Origin: an uncultured Chloroflexia bacterium
GTDB lineage: Bacteria > Chloroflexota > Anaerolineae > Anaerolineales > Anaerolineaceae
Assembly: GCA_963843535.1 (NCBI GenBank)
Contig: CAWJKU010000003.1
Coordinates: forward strand, 192,156-256,155
Length of the DNA stretch: 64,000 nt
Reading direction: 5' to 3'
Positions 30,919-38,772 of the stretch are shown piece by piece. The translations under genes and the position numbers were made by a program. Numbering within the stretch: position 1 is the first letter of the stretch; each line of letters begins with the position of its first letter. The notes beneath the pieces are model-generated. The model was given only the letters and a program-made list of their open reading frames with translations, was not told the DNA's origin and ran no database searches.

Positions 30919-31741
30919 TTCGATGTAATTTTCCGGTACGTTTTGCGTACACTTCTGCCTGCTTGAAGACCCACATGCCCAAAGGCAGCAGCACGGCGCC
31001 CATGATCAATACCGGCCAGATAAATCCCCACAGGTTCAGGGTAGGCACACCTTCTAATATTGCCTGGCGCACGCCAGTCAGCACATAGGTGGCAGGACTG
31101 AACACGGAAATTTTTTGGAGCGCTGCGGGCAGCACATCGACCGGGTAATAGACGCCTGACACCAGCAGCATCAAGGCGATAAACACGTGGGTCATCTGCG
31201 AACCGCGCTCCGGAAACAGCAAAGGCAGGGTGGATGCCATGATCCCAACCCCAATGAAGGAAAAGCTTCCGGCCAGCAAGATCAGCACCCCTCCCAACAG
31301 GTTGGATTTGCTCAAATCCAGATCAAAAACCAGGGTAGTGATGATCAAGATCACCCCGGTAAACAGGATGCTGTAGGCCACGGCGAACATCGTTTGCCCG
31401 GCCATGTGAGTGACCCGGCGAATTGGCGCCATTAATGTGTATTCAATCGTTCCTTCCCAGCGCTCGATGTTGATCAGATCGGTGATCCAATAAAAGATCT
31501 GGGATAAGAAACGCCACACCAATGTGCCGATCAACAGGTATAAAACCATATAGCGGGTATCCAGGGTGCCAGCCCCACCCCCGATGCGTTCCATGCCCAG
31601 GCCAATAAAACTGACCGCCAGGCTGTCGGCAGCGGAATAGACCAGCCAGACCAGCTCCCACGACCAGTAGCGTTTAATTAGGTTGAAATTGCGCTCCACA
31701 AATGCAAAAGAAGCGCGCATTTGATGCGTCATCGTAGTCAT
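30911..31741 (-). CDS. ABC-2 type transporter permease
   Basis: 276 aa, about 6 predicted TM helices, typical ABC-2 exporter membrane-subunit layout. Confidence 0.8.
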   Translation of the reverse strand: MTTMTHQMRASFAFVERNFNLIKRYWSWELVWLVYSAADSLAVSFIGLGMERIGGGAGTLDTRYMVLYLLIGTLVWRFLSQIFYWITDLINIERWEGTIEYTLMAPIRRVTHMAGQTMFAVAYSILFTGVILIITTLVFDLDLSKSNLLGGVLILLAGSFSFIGVGIMASTLPLLFPERGSQMTHVFIALMLLVSGVYYPVDVLPAALQKISVFSPATYVLTGVRQAILEGVPTLNLWGFIWPVLIMGAVLLPLGMWVFKQAEVYAKRTGKLHRNG

Positions 31742-31744
31742 TTT

Positions 31745-32293
31745 CTAACCTGTATTTTTTGCTTCCCACTCCGATTTTAGTATGCCCATATACACGACAT
31801 CCCAGCGTTTGCCATTGCGCATCATCGATTTCCGCGTGCGGCCTTCTTCAACGAAACCGCATTTCAAATATGATTTTTGCGCCCGCAGATTGTATTCAAA
31901 TACATCCAGGTTGACCCGGTTCAGGTTTAATTCCTGAAAGGCAAAACGCAAGGCGATCTGCATCGCTTCGGTGCCGTATCCCTTGCCCCAGAACTCCCGC
32001 TCACCGAGGCCGATGCCCACCCAGGCATTCCGGGCCGCCCAATTGAAACCCGAAAGATCTACCAGCCCAATCGGCCGGTCATCTGTCATGGTGCGGATGA
32101 TGAAGTAATAGATATTCTTTTCCTTCTCGATCCACTCCTTGACCTGTTTGGGCGTCCACATGTAGGCCGCATCGTCGTTCAGCAAACGGGAGTATTCACT
32201 ATCCTGATTCCATTTCGCCAGAAATTCGGCGTCCTTATCCGGATCTACGATCGTCAGGCGGACCAGTTTTCCATCAAAAATGGAGCTGTTCAT
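31745..32293 (-). CDS. RimJ/RimL-like GNAT N-acetyltransferase
   Basis: 182 aa. ...VGIGLGEREFWGKGYGTEAMQIALRFAFQELNLNRVNLDVFEYNLRAQKSYLKCGF. Confidence 0.8.
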   Translation of the reverse strand: MNSSIFDGKLVRLTIVDPDKDAEFLAKWNQDSEYSRLLNDDAAYMWTPKQVKEWIEKEKNIYYFIIRTMTDDRPIGLVDLSGFNWAARNAWVGIGLGEREFWGKGYGTEAMQIALRFAFQELNLNRVNLDVFEYNLRAQKSYLKCGFVEEGRTRKSMMRNGKRWDVVYMGILKSEWEAKNTG

Positions 32294-32871
32294 GCCACCG
32301 CCTCCTCAACCGCTTCTGGTTTCCATTCCGTGTGAAGCATGCCAAAATGGAGGGCATCATAGTACCGGCCGTTACGATACAGGGCCTGGCGCCGGCGAAC
32401 TTCCATTAAGAAACCGGCATTTTCCAGCAGCGCGACCAGGTCTTTTTGATATTCTGCCAGGACAGTCTCTATCCGGTAGAGGTTGAGCTCACGGAAACCA
32501 TATTGGAGCGCCAGATCCAACGCTTCTCGACCAAAACGCTGCAAGATGGATGGGTCGGCAATCGCCAGGCGCAGCCATGCGCTGGCATGCATCCAATGGA
32601 CAAACGGAAAGCGGATGAACCCGGCTAACTGGTTGCCTTCCTTGAGGCGGATGGCGAAGTAATACTGGTTACCGCGTTCTTCGGCGTGTTTCTGGTGTTC
32701 TTCGTGGATTTTCTTGATTTCCACCGGACCCAGGGGGCGCGCAGGCATCTCCATCAAGTCCATGGCATAATCCAGATCGTAAGTCCAGGCCGTTTCGATC
32801 TTTCCGTCCTCTTCCGGGTTGATAAACGTCAATCGCAGATTTGGACTTTCAAACAACTGTTTGTGCATCAT
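32290..32871 (-). CDS. RimJ/RimL-like GNAT N-acetyltransferase
   Basis: 193 aa paralog of the next gene. ...FGREALDLALQYGFRELNLYRIETVLAEYQKDLVALLENAGF. ATGA overlaps at both ends. Confidence 0.75.
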   Translation of the reverse strand: MMHKQLFESPNLRLTFINPEEDGKIETAWTYDLDYAMDLMEMPARPLGPVEIKKIHEEHQKHAEERGNQYYFAIRLKEGNQLAGFIRFPFVHWMHASAWLRLAIADPSILQRFGREALDLALQYGFRELNLYRIETVLAEYQKDLVALLENAGFLMEVRRRQALYRNGRYYDALHFGMLHTEWKPEAVEEAVA

Positions 32872-33821
32872 ACGCCCTCCTCTTCCTTTACCAACTTCTT
32901 GCCTGTCAGGTCCAAGAAGACATCTTCTAAAGTGGTTTCTTTACCGTCTTTGATGGGCAGTCGGCTTTTTAAGACTGCCGGGGTATCCATTGCCATAATC
33001 TTGCCGCTGTTCATGATCGCCACCCGGTCGCATAACTGGTCGGCTTCCATCATGTCATGGGTGGTCAGCAAAATTGTGGTACCGTGTTTTTCACGAAGTT
33101 CCTTCACCACTTCCTGTACCTCTTTCTTTGAGCGCGGATCCAAACCGGTGGTCGGCTCATCCAGCAGGAGCAGCTTTGGCTTGGAAAGTAAAGCCCTGGC
33201 AATTGCCACTTTTTGCTGCATCCCGCGCGACATCTCTTCCATTGGATTGGTGATCGAGCGTTTCTCCAGGCCCAATCGGGTCAGGATCTCGAACACTTGA
33301 ATGTAGGTTTCTTTGCCGTCCATCCCATATAGCCGCGCTCCATACATCAAATTTTCTAACGGTGAAAGTTTTTTGAAGAATGAAGCTTCCACCGAAACCC
33401 GGTTGATCCGCTGCTGAACCTGCACCGGCTGGCGCACGACATCGTATCCAAACACGCTGATCGTGCCGCTGTCCGGCAGGAGCAAGGTTGAAATCAAACG
33501 GATCAATGTTGATTTGCCGCCGCCGTTTGGCCCCAAAACACCGAAGATTTCACCTTCTGTGATCTCAAAAGACACGTGATCCACGGCGATGGTAAAGTGC
33601 TGATTTCCGTTCACAGATTTTGTCTGATCTGCTTTCAGGTCGTGCTCATTACCATTGGTTTTACCGTTGCGGTTACCATCTCCGTTTCCATTACCGTGTC
33701 CGTTGCCATTTAAGTGATCCGGCTGAATGGCGCCTTTTCCGCGCAGCAAACGCTTCCATAACGGTTCTCCTGGCTTGCCAAACTTCTTATATGCATCCCG
33801 TACGATCACTGCGTTGCCCAT
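32868..33821 (-). CDS. ABC transporter ATP-binding protein with Asn/Gly-rich N-terminal insertion
   Basis: Walker A GPNGGGKST, signature MSRGMQQKVAIA, Walker B LLLLDEPT. Start moved from GTG 33839 to ATG 33821, which has AAGGAGG 5 nt upstream. Confidence 0.9.
   Translation of the reverse strand: MGNAVIVRDAYKKFGKPGEPLWKRLLRGKGAIQPDHLNGNGHGNGNGDGNRNGKTNGNEHDLKADQTKSVNGNQHFTIAVDHVSFEITEGEIFGVLGPNGGGKSTLIRLISTLLLPDSGTISVFGYDVVRQPVQVQQRINRVSVEASFFKKLSPLENLMYGARLYGMDGKETYIQVFEILTRLGLEKRSITNPMEEMSRGMQQKVAIARALLSKPKLLLLDEPTTGLDPRSKKEVQEVVKELREKHGTTILLTTHDMMEADQLCDRVAIMNSGKIMAMDTPAVLKSRLPIKDGKETTLEDVFLDLTGKKLVKEEEGV
33648..33710 (-). repeat. Imperfect hexanucleotide repeat encoding NGNGHGNGNGDGNRNGKTNGN
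   Basis: Plus strand att acc att ggt ttt acc gtt gcg gtt acc atc tcc gtt tcc att acc gtg tcc gtt gcc att. Lies between the first two beta strands of the ABC domain. Confidence 0.8.
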
Positions 33822-33840
33822 TTTTGCCTCCTTGCTCACA

Positions 33841-33882
33841 TAAAAAAACCGCCCACCCCAAGATTCGGCCCGGGTTGGACGG
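33841..33882 (-). terminator. Intrinsic terminator/attenuator 2, immediately before the ABC ATPase RBS
   Basis: Minus strand ccgtccaaccc-12 nt-ggggtgggcgg followed by TTTTTTT. The stem has one G-U pair and one mismatch. It ends about 10 nt before AAGGAGG. Confidence 0.55.
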
Positions 33883-33894
33883 CTATGCCATCTA

Positions 33895-33928
33895 TAAAAA
33901 AACCACGGGCACTGGAGTGTGCCCGTGG
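33895..33928 (-). terminator. Intrinsic terminator/attenuator 1
   Basis: Perfect 10-bp stem ccacgggcac (33903-33912) / gtgcccgtgg (33919-33928) with a 6-nt loop. A T7 run follows on the minus strand. Confidence 0.7.
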
Positions 33929-33948
33929 TATCGCGTTAATTTTGCGTA

Positions 33949-34050
33949 TTACCTGGAAGTAGGCGCACTCCGATAAGGAACCTGTCCAGCCCCACCCGCA
34001 TCGACGGTAGAGCAGAACACCTTGATGTAATTGGAGAAATTCTTTACCAT
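33949..34050 (-). CDS. 33-codon leader ORF (MVKNFSNYIKVFCSTVDAGGAGQVPYRSAPTSR)
   Basis: Hand-translated codon by codon. ATG 34050-34048 is preceded by AAGGA at 7-nt spacing. TAA at 33951-33949 lies 18 nt before terminator 1. Below the ORF-track size cutoff. Confidence 0.4.
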   Translation of the reverse strand: MVKNFSNYIKVFCSTVDAGGAGQVPYRSAPTSR

Positions 34051-34085
34051 TCGTACATCCTTAAGAACATTGATATTACCGGTTA

Positions 34086-34114
34086 ACTTTACATGATCCT
34101 GGCGCACTTGTCAA
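34086..34114 (-). promoter_or_regulatory. Predicted promoter of the leader/ABC-GNAT operon
   Basis: Minus strand reads TTGACA (34114-34109), a 17-nt spacer, then TAAAGT (34091-34086). Confidence 0.55.
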
Positions 34115-34165
34115 GGGGTTTAAGAAAATTTAATGTTACCAACTTTTAAATTCTGATACTACCAG

Positions 34166-35194
34166 TCAATGCTTGACGAACGGCAGCCAGATGGCGCGGT
34201 CTAGCGGCCCATGCACCATGCCTGAATCTGCAGAGATCATCAACCCAGAGCTATCCACCGCCTCAAAATTACTTCCCAACACACCGCCGATCGTACGCAG
34301 GATGTCGTTATCCCATCGCTCATCCGGCACCCCGCTGATGTACCAGTTTGAGCCGTTATCGGCCAGGATCATCCCGTATGTCTTCAGCGCCTCCAGGATC
34401 ACGCGCGCCTGGCTGGAATAGCGGCTGGTATCAAACGATGCCTTAAGGCGGAAGCGCATTCCCATGGGCGGCAGGGAAAGGGATGTATTTGATGAAGCAT
34501 AATGCCGCGCAGGCCAGACGTACGCTCGTTGAGTCTGGCTGACCGTGAAGCGCAAGGCATGGTTGATCTGCCCGGATGCGGCTTCCTCGTAGCGCACCAA
34601 TCCTGGGAGGATCGGCAGGCCAGCTGCGTCCGCGGAAGTCCACCCGGCGGGGCGCAGCGCATTAGATTTCAGATCATATATGGCACCCGAACCTGCCTGC
34701 CAACCGGCCCCATCTTTCGGGGGGTAGGCCGAATACAGCTCATACAGCACACAGGCATCCGTATCTACTAATAAAATATGCCGGTCGCCATCACTTTGCG
34801 GCCCGCCTTCGATCAAAGGATTGGCAGGCAGCGGATATGGCCCGAGATCGCTCTCATCATCATAATCAAATGTTACTTGGGATTTCGCCTGGCTGGATGT
34901 TACCAGCGTGTAGGGAATCCCGATCGGACCTCCGTCCCACAGCCCGGAGCCAAAATCGGCATGCAAACCTGCATTTGCGCCGATCGATTGGATATACTCG
35001 TTGGAACGCGGGTGGACTGGAAGATTGGTCACCGGTTGATTCCAGATATTGTTTGCAGGCAAAATATTGCAGCCCGCCAGGTTGGATTGAGCCGCGGAAA
35101 AAACCTGCCCGATCGGATTGACCAGGCTCCACACAGTCAGGCCCATCAAGACCAGGATACAGGTCCAACGCGCACTCAAGTTTGACCATTTCAT
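34166..35194 (-). CDS. Secreted conserved hypothetical protein
   Basis: 342 aa. N-terminal signal-like MKWSNLSARWTCILVLMGLTVWSLV. No family recognised with confidence. Confidence 0.6.
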   Translation of the reverse strand: MKWSNLSARWTCILVLMGLTVWSLVNPIGQVFSAAQSNLAGCNILPANNIWNQPVTNLPVHPRSNEYIQSIGANAGLHADFGSGLWDGGPIGIPYTLVTSSQAKSQVTFDYDDESDLGPYPLPANPLIEGGPQSDGDRHILLVDTDACVLYELYSAYPPKDGAGWQAGSGAIYDLKSNALRPAGWTSADAAGLPILPGLVRYEEAASGQINHALRFTVSQTQRAYVWPARHYASSNTSLSLPPMGMRFRLKASFDTSRYSSQARVILEALKTYGMILADNGSNWYISGVPDERWDNDILRTIGGVLGSNFEAVDSSGLMISADSGMVHGPLDRAIWLPFVKH

Positions 35195-35444
35195 GCCACC
35201 AGTGTACCCATTTCAGGAGCGACGCGGTTATACAAATATGAAAACCGTGAGTCGGATTTTGATATCAAAGCAGCATCGTGCTCTCTAATCCTGAGTGAGC
35301 GAGCAAAAGTTTATGCTAGTATTCTGGCAACCATGCTTTGTTTTGTTGCAGTTCTTTAACATTGTCAATCGCATGGATAATTGGATACAACCTTTTGCGT
35401 TTACGGCTTGCAACCGAGGAAGTGATAAGTTCAGGCGACTAGGA

Positions 35445-36143
35445 TCAAAAGATTGTGATCGATCGAGCATAAGCAATAGCCTGTTCCAGGTCGAATCCCC
35501 GACCCTCAGCCTCCACTGCTGCACAGCGTGTCTCTCCCAATTGGCTGCGGGCTGGGCCTAGTATTCGCTCTTCACTCGCGAGCATCGCCGGAACAGTGTG
35601 CTGCATACCGTGCTGCTCACGGATCGCTGTTGACGCGGCGTATAGACGTAGTCCCGGCTCGATCATTCCGAGCCCGATCAAGGCTTTGGCTATAAGTTCA
35701 AGCCCATGACAGGTCCCTCCCGGATCGCCTACCTGGAAGAACCACGGAACCAATTGCTGTATCTTAGTGAACGCGATGTGATAGTTACCAGCATCTAAAT
35801 CTAACCGGGCCAGGTCAAGTGCAGCGGGCTGGATGTAGAGGTCCGTGCCAATCTGCTGCGCCACATGCATTGCTTCTTCAATGAAAGGGCGTGCAAGGGC
35901 AGGATCGTATCCTGGGGTATATTGCATGGCTTGTGTGATGTGAAGAAGTGCGTAAAAGATCCCTTCTTTTCTGCCTATCGATCGCCAGGTGGAGAGAACC
36001 TGTTCAAATAACTGCTGTGAGCGAGTGAAATCTCCTGCCATCCAGGCTTGCCGCGCTTCGGCATCCCAGGTCTCAGCATTAGAAATCGTCGGATCATTGG
36101 AGGTCATCTTATCCATCTCCTTTTTATCGTGTTCGTGCGACAA
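35445..36143 (-). CDS. Hypothetical protein, TPR-like helical repeats
   Basis: 232-aa ORF with all-alpha repeat character. No catalytic motif recognised. Confidence 0.5.
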   Translation of the reverse strand: MSHEHDKKEMDKMTSNDPTISNAETWDAEARQAWMAGDFTRSQQLFEQVLSTWRSIGRKEGIFYALLHITQAMQYTPGYDPALARPFIEEAMHVAQQIGTDLYIQPAALDLARLDLDAGNYHIAFTKIQQLVPWFFQVGDPGGTCHGLELIAKALIGLGMIEPGLRLYAASTAIREQHGMQHTVPAMLASEERILGPARSQLGETRCAAVEAEGRGFDLEQAIAYARSITIF

Positions 36144-36269
36144 CGAAGATGCACGAATACTTGCTTTGTGTTACTTTTCGCCGAGTCATTCATCTTTCAG
36201 TGTTTATAGAAGGATTCTAATGCAAAATAAATGCTAACTCACATAGTAGCTGGGTATAATTAACCATCC

Positions 36270-36983
36270 ATGGAAAAGATGAGACAAGCCGTCCTACAAC
36301 TGACCGGCCTCAGTTTGTCATCTTCTCAACTCTCAGCATTTGAACGCTACGAACAAGAACTGATCGAGTGGAACAGCCGGATTAACCTGACTGCGATCCG
36401 CGAAGTGGAAGCGATCCGCGCCAAACACTTCCTGGATTCTTTGAGCTGTCTGCTTGTCTTGCGCGATCCGCTTCCCAACCGAATGATCGATATCGGCACG
36501 GGCGCGGGGTTTCCGGGAATCCCCCTCAAAATCGCCCTTCCGAACCTGAAAATCACCCTGGTCGAATCGGTAGGGAAAAAAGCCGATTTCTGCCGGCATA
36601 TCGTCCAGGTCTTGAAGCTGGACCAGGTTGAAGTGCTCCAGGCCAGGGCGGAAGAAATGGGACTGGATCAAAAACACCGCGAGCGTTATGACTGGGCCGT
36701 GGCGCGTGCGGTGGCTACCATGCCTATCCTGGCTGAATATCTGCTCCCGCTGGTCCGCATCGGCGGGGCAGTGCTGGCGCAAAAAGGGGAGTCGGGGCCG
36801 GCGGAAGTACACGCTGCCGCCCAGGCGATTAAGCTCCTGGGCGGGCGACTGCGTAAATTGCAGAAACTGAACCTGCCGGGGGTTACCGAAGATCGCTACC
36901 TGGTCGTGGTCGAAAAATGCGTCACTACCCCGCCAGGTTATCCGCGCCGAGTAGGACTGCCTGCAAAGAGGCCGATTAAATAA
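36270..36983 (+). CDS. rsmG: 16S rRNA (guanine527-N7)-methyltransferase
   Basis: 237 aa. ...WNSRINLTAIRE....KHFLDS...DIGTGAGFPGIPLKI... Confidence 0.88.
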   Translation: MEKMRQAVLQLTGLSLSSSQLSAFERYEQELIEWNSRINLTAIREVEAIRAKHFLDSLSCLLVLRDPLPNRMIDIGTGAGFPGIPLKIALPNLKITLVESVGKKADFCRHIVQVLKLDQVEVLQARAEEMGLDQKHRERYDWAVARAVATMPILAEYLLPLVRIGGAVLAQKGESGPAEVHAAAQAIKLLGGRLRKLQKLNLPGVTEDRYLVVVEKCVTTPPGYPRRVGLPAKRPIK

Positions 36984-36988
36984 CGGGC

Positions 36989-38188
36989 TTAAATTTCAAT
37001 CCGGCCGTCTTTAACCTTCCAAATCGTTGTGCTCTGCAAAAATTCATCTGCAAAAAGACCCAGGTCCGTGGTCGTCAAAACGGCTTGTTCGCGTTCCGCT
37101 AATGTCTCTAATAAATCACGGCGGCGTTCCACATCCAGCTCTGCCAGAATCTCATCCAACAGCAGAACAGGCCACTGCCCTGTCCGATCTTTCAACCAGC
37201 TTGTTTCGGCAAGCTTGAGCGACATCAATGCGGTGCGAACCTGACCGCGCGAGCCAAAGTCGCCCAGGTCAATCCCATTGCTGAGAAAACGAATTTCGTC
37301 GCGGTGCGGGCCGATGGTCGTCACTCCCCGGATGATTTCTTCCGAGCGCAGCGCTTCCAGCCGCGCCAGGAAACCCTGCCGGATTTGCTCTTGGGTGAGG
37401 CTGCCCCGCTTAACACTGGTTTGGATTGGCAGCGCATACTGGTCTTCTGGCTGAGCCAGAGGATCGTACGCGGGCTGGTAGATCATGCGCAAAATCTCGC
37501 GGGTGTGCGTCAGGCGGTGGTGCAGCCGGGCTGCCAGGCGTTCCATTTCTTGAATGGCGCCGATCCTGGCTTGAATAAGGATGCTGCCGCGGTCCGCCAA
37601 CAGTTCATCCCAGCTGCGCAGTTGTTCCGGATCTCCGCCGCGTTCTGCCAGCAGCCGCAGCAGGGCGTTGCGCTGCGCCAGAGCCTTTTCATATTCCGAT
37701 AATGCCAGGGCATATCCCGGCACAGCCTGGCTCAATGCCAGGTTGAGATATCGCCGGCGTTCCTCCGGTTCTCCGTCTATGATCCGCGTCATCTGAGGCA
37801 GGAAAATCACGGCTGTGAAAGTGCCCAACACATCGTTCGGGGAGCGCTTCACCCCGTCCAGTAAAATCTCTCGGCGGAAGCGCCCATTCCCATTCCCGCC
37901 ATTTTCAAGGATCAGACGAACTTCGATACGGTGGGCGCGGTCAGAGCGTTGGAAATGAGCCACAATCCGCGCCACAGCCGGGTTGCGTTCGCAAGCCAGG
38001 AAATTGATCAGCTGCCGGTCCGTGTGAGTATGAAATGAGTCGAAAGTCGCCAGATAATAAATGGCTTCGAGGATGCTGGTTTTACCCTGCGCGTTTCCCC
38101 CCACTAACACCAAAACCCGCCGGGGCACGTCCATGTCCAGGCGGGTAAAAGTCCGGTAATCGGTTAACGAAAGATGAGTCAGATGCAT
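36989..38188 (-). CDS. recF: DNA replication and repair protein RecF
   Basis: MHLTHLSLTDYRTF...LVGGNAQGKTSILEAI Walker A. C-terminal LLLDEILAELD. Confidence 0.9.
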   Translation of the reverse strand: MHLTHLSLTDYRTFTRLDMDVPRRVLVLVGGNAQGKTSILEAIYYLATFDSFHTHTDRQLINFLACERNPAVARIVAHFQRSDRAHRIEVRLILENGGNGNGRFRREILLDGVKRSPNDVLGTFTAVIFLPQMTRIIDGEPEERRRYLNLALSQAVPGYALALSEYEKALAQRNALLRLLAERGGDPEQLRSWDELLADRGSILIQARIGAIQEMERLAARLHHRLTHTREILRMIYQPAYDPLAQPEDQYALPIQTSVKRGSLTQEQIRQGFLARLEALRSEEIIRGVTTIGPHRDEIRFLSNGIDLGDFGSRGQVRTALMSLKLAETSWLKDRTGQWPVLLLDEILAELDVERRRDLLETLAEREQAVLTTTDLGLFADEFLQSTTIWKVKDGRIEI

Positions 38189-38707
38189 TTAATCTCTGAT
38201 GACCAGCTCTTCGTCCTCCTTGGGTTTCCAAACCCGGGTTGCCCGGTCTGGGAAGACGATGCCCTCCAGGTGGTCGATCTCATGCTGGAAGATTCGTGCC
38301 AGCCAATCCTCAGCAGTAATTTTAACAGGCTTACCGTATCGGTTCAACCCTTTAACCACGATCTTTTTGGATCGCTCCACTTCTCCGACAAAACCCGGGA
38401 TCGATAGACAGCCTTCGAGCCCGGTCTCCTTTTCTTCGGAGGCCTGTACGATCTCAGGGTTCACGACCACATATAGTTTCTTGGGTCCAACCTGATTGCC
38501 TTCTTCATCCTCATCGCCATATTCCACCACAACCAGCCGGCTGGATATCGAGACCTGGGGCGCGGCCAACCCTACCCCTGGGGCTTCACGCAGGGTTTCA
38601 ATCATATTGTCGACGAGGGTCTGTAAATCTTTATCAAATGTGGTAATTTTTTTAGCTTTCCGCCGTAGAACGGGATCGGGAAGCAGTGCTATTTCTAAAA
38701 TCGCCAT
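38189..38707 (-). CDS. def: Peptide deformylase
   Basis: GVGLAAPQV, EGCLSIPG, QHEIDHLEG motifs. Confidence 0.95.
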   Translation of the reverse strand: MAILEIALLPDPVLRRKAKKITTFDKDLQTLVDNMIETLREAPGVGLAAPQVSISSRLVVVEYGDEDEEGNQVGPKKLYVVVNPEIVQASEEKETGLEGCLSIPGFVGEVERSKKIVVKGLNRYGKPVKITAEDWLARIFQHEIDHLEGIVFPDRATRVWKPKEDEELVIRD

Positions 38708-38772
38708 ACGTCCTCAATCAATCACTAATCAGAGAAATATTATGGCTATTCTACCGCGAACGCAAATATTTT

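Noticed and set aside
33648-33710. Short periodic repeats considered as a possible CRISPR array or minisatellite
   Set aside because: The period is 6 nt, the repeats are in frame and lie inside an ABC ATPase CDS, and there are no spacers. This is a coding Asn/Gly low-complexity repeat.
35285-35561. 79-aa and 88-aa ORFs in the gap between the secreted-protein gene and the TPR-like gene
   Set aside because: They overlap each other in antisense and overlap the 3' end of the 35445-36143 CDS. They have no SD or motifs. The 250-nt gap is left unannotated.
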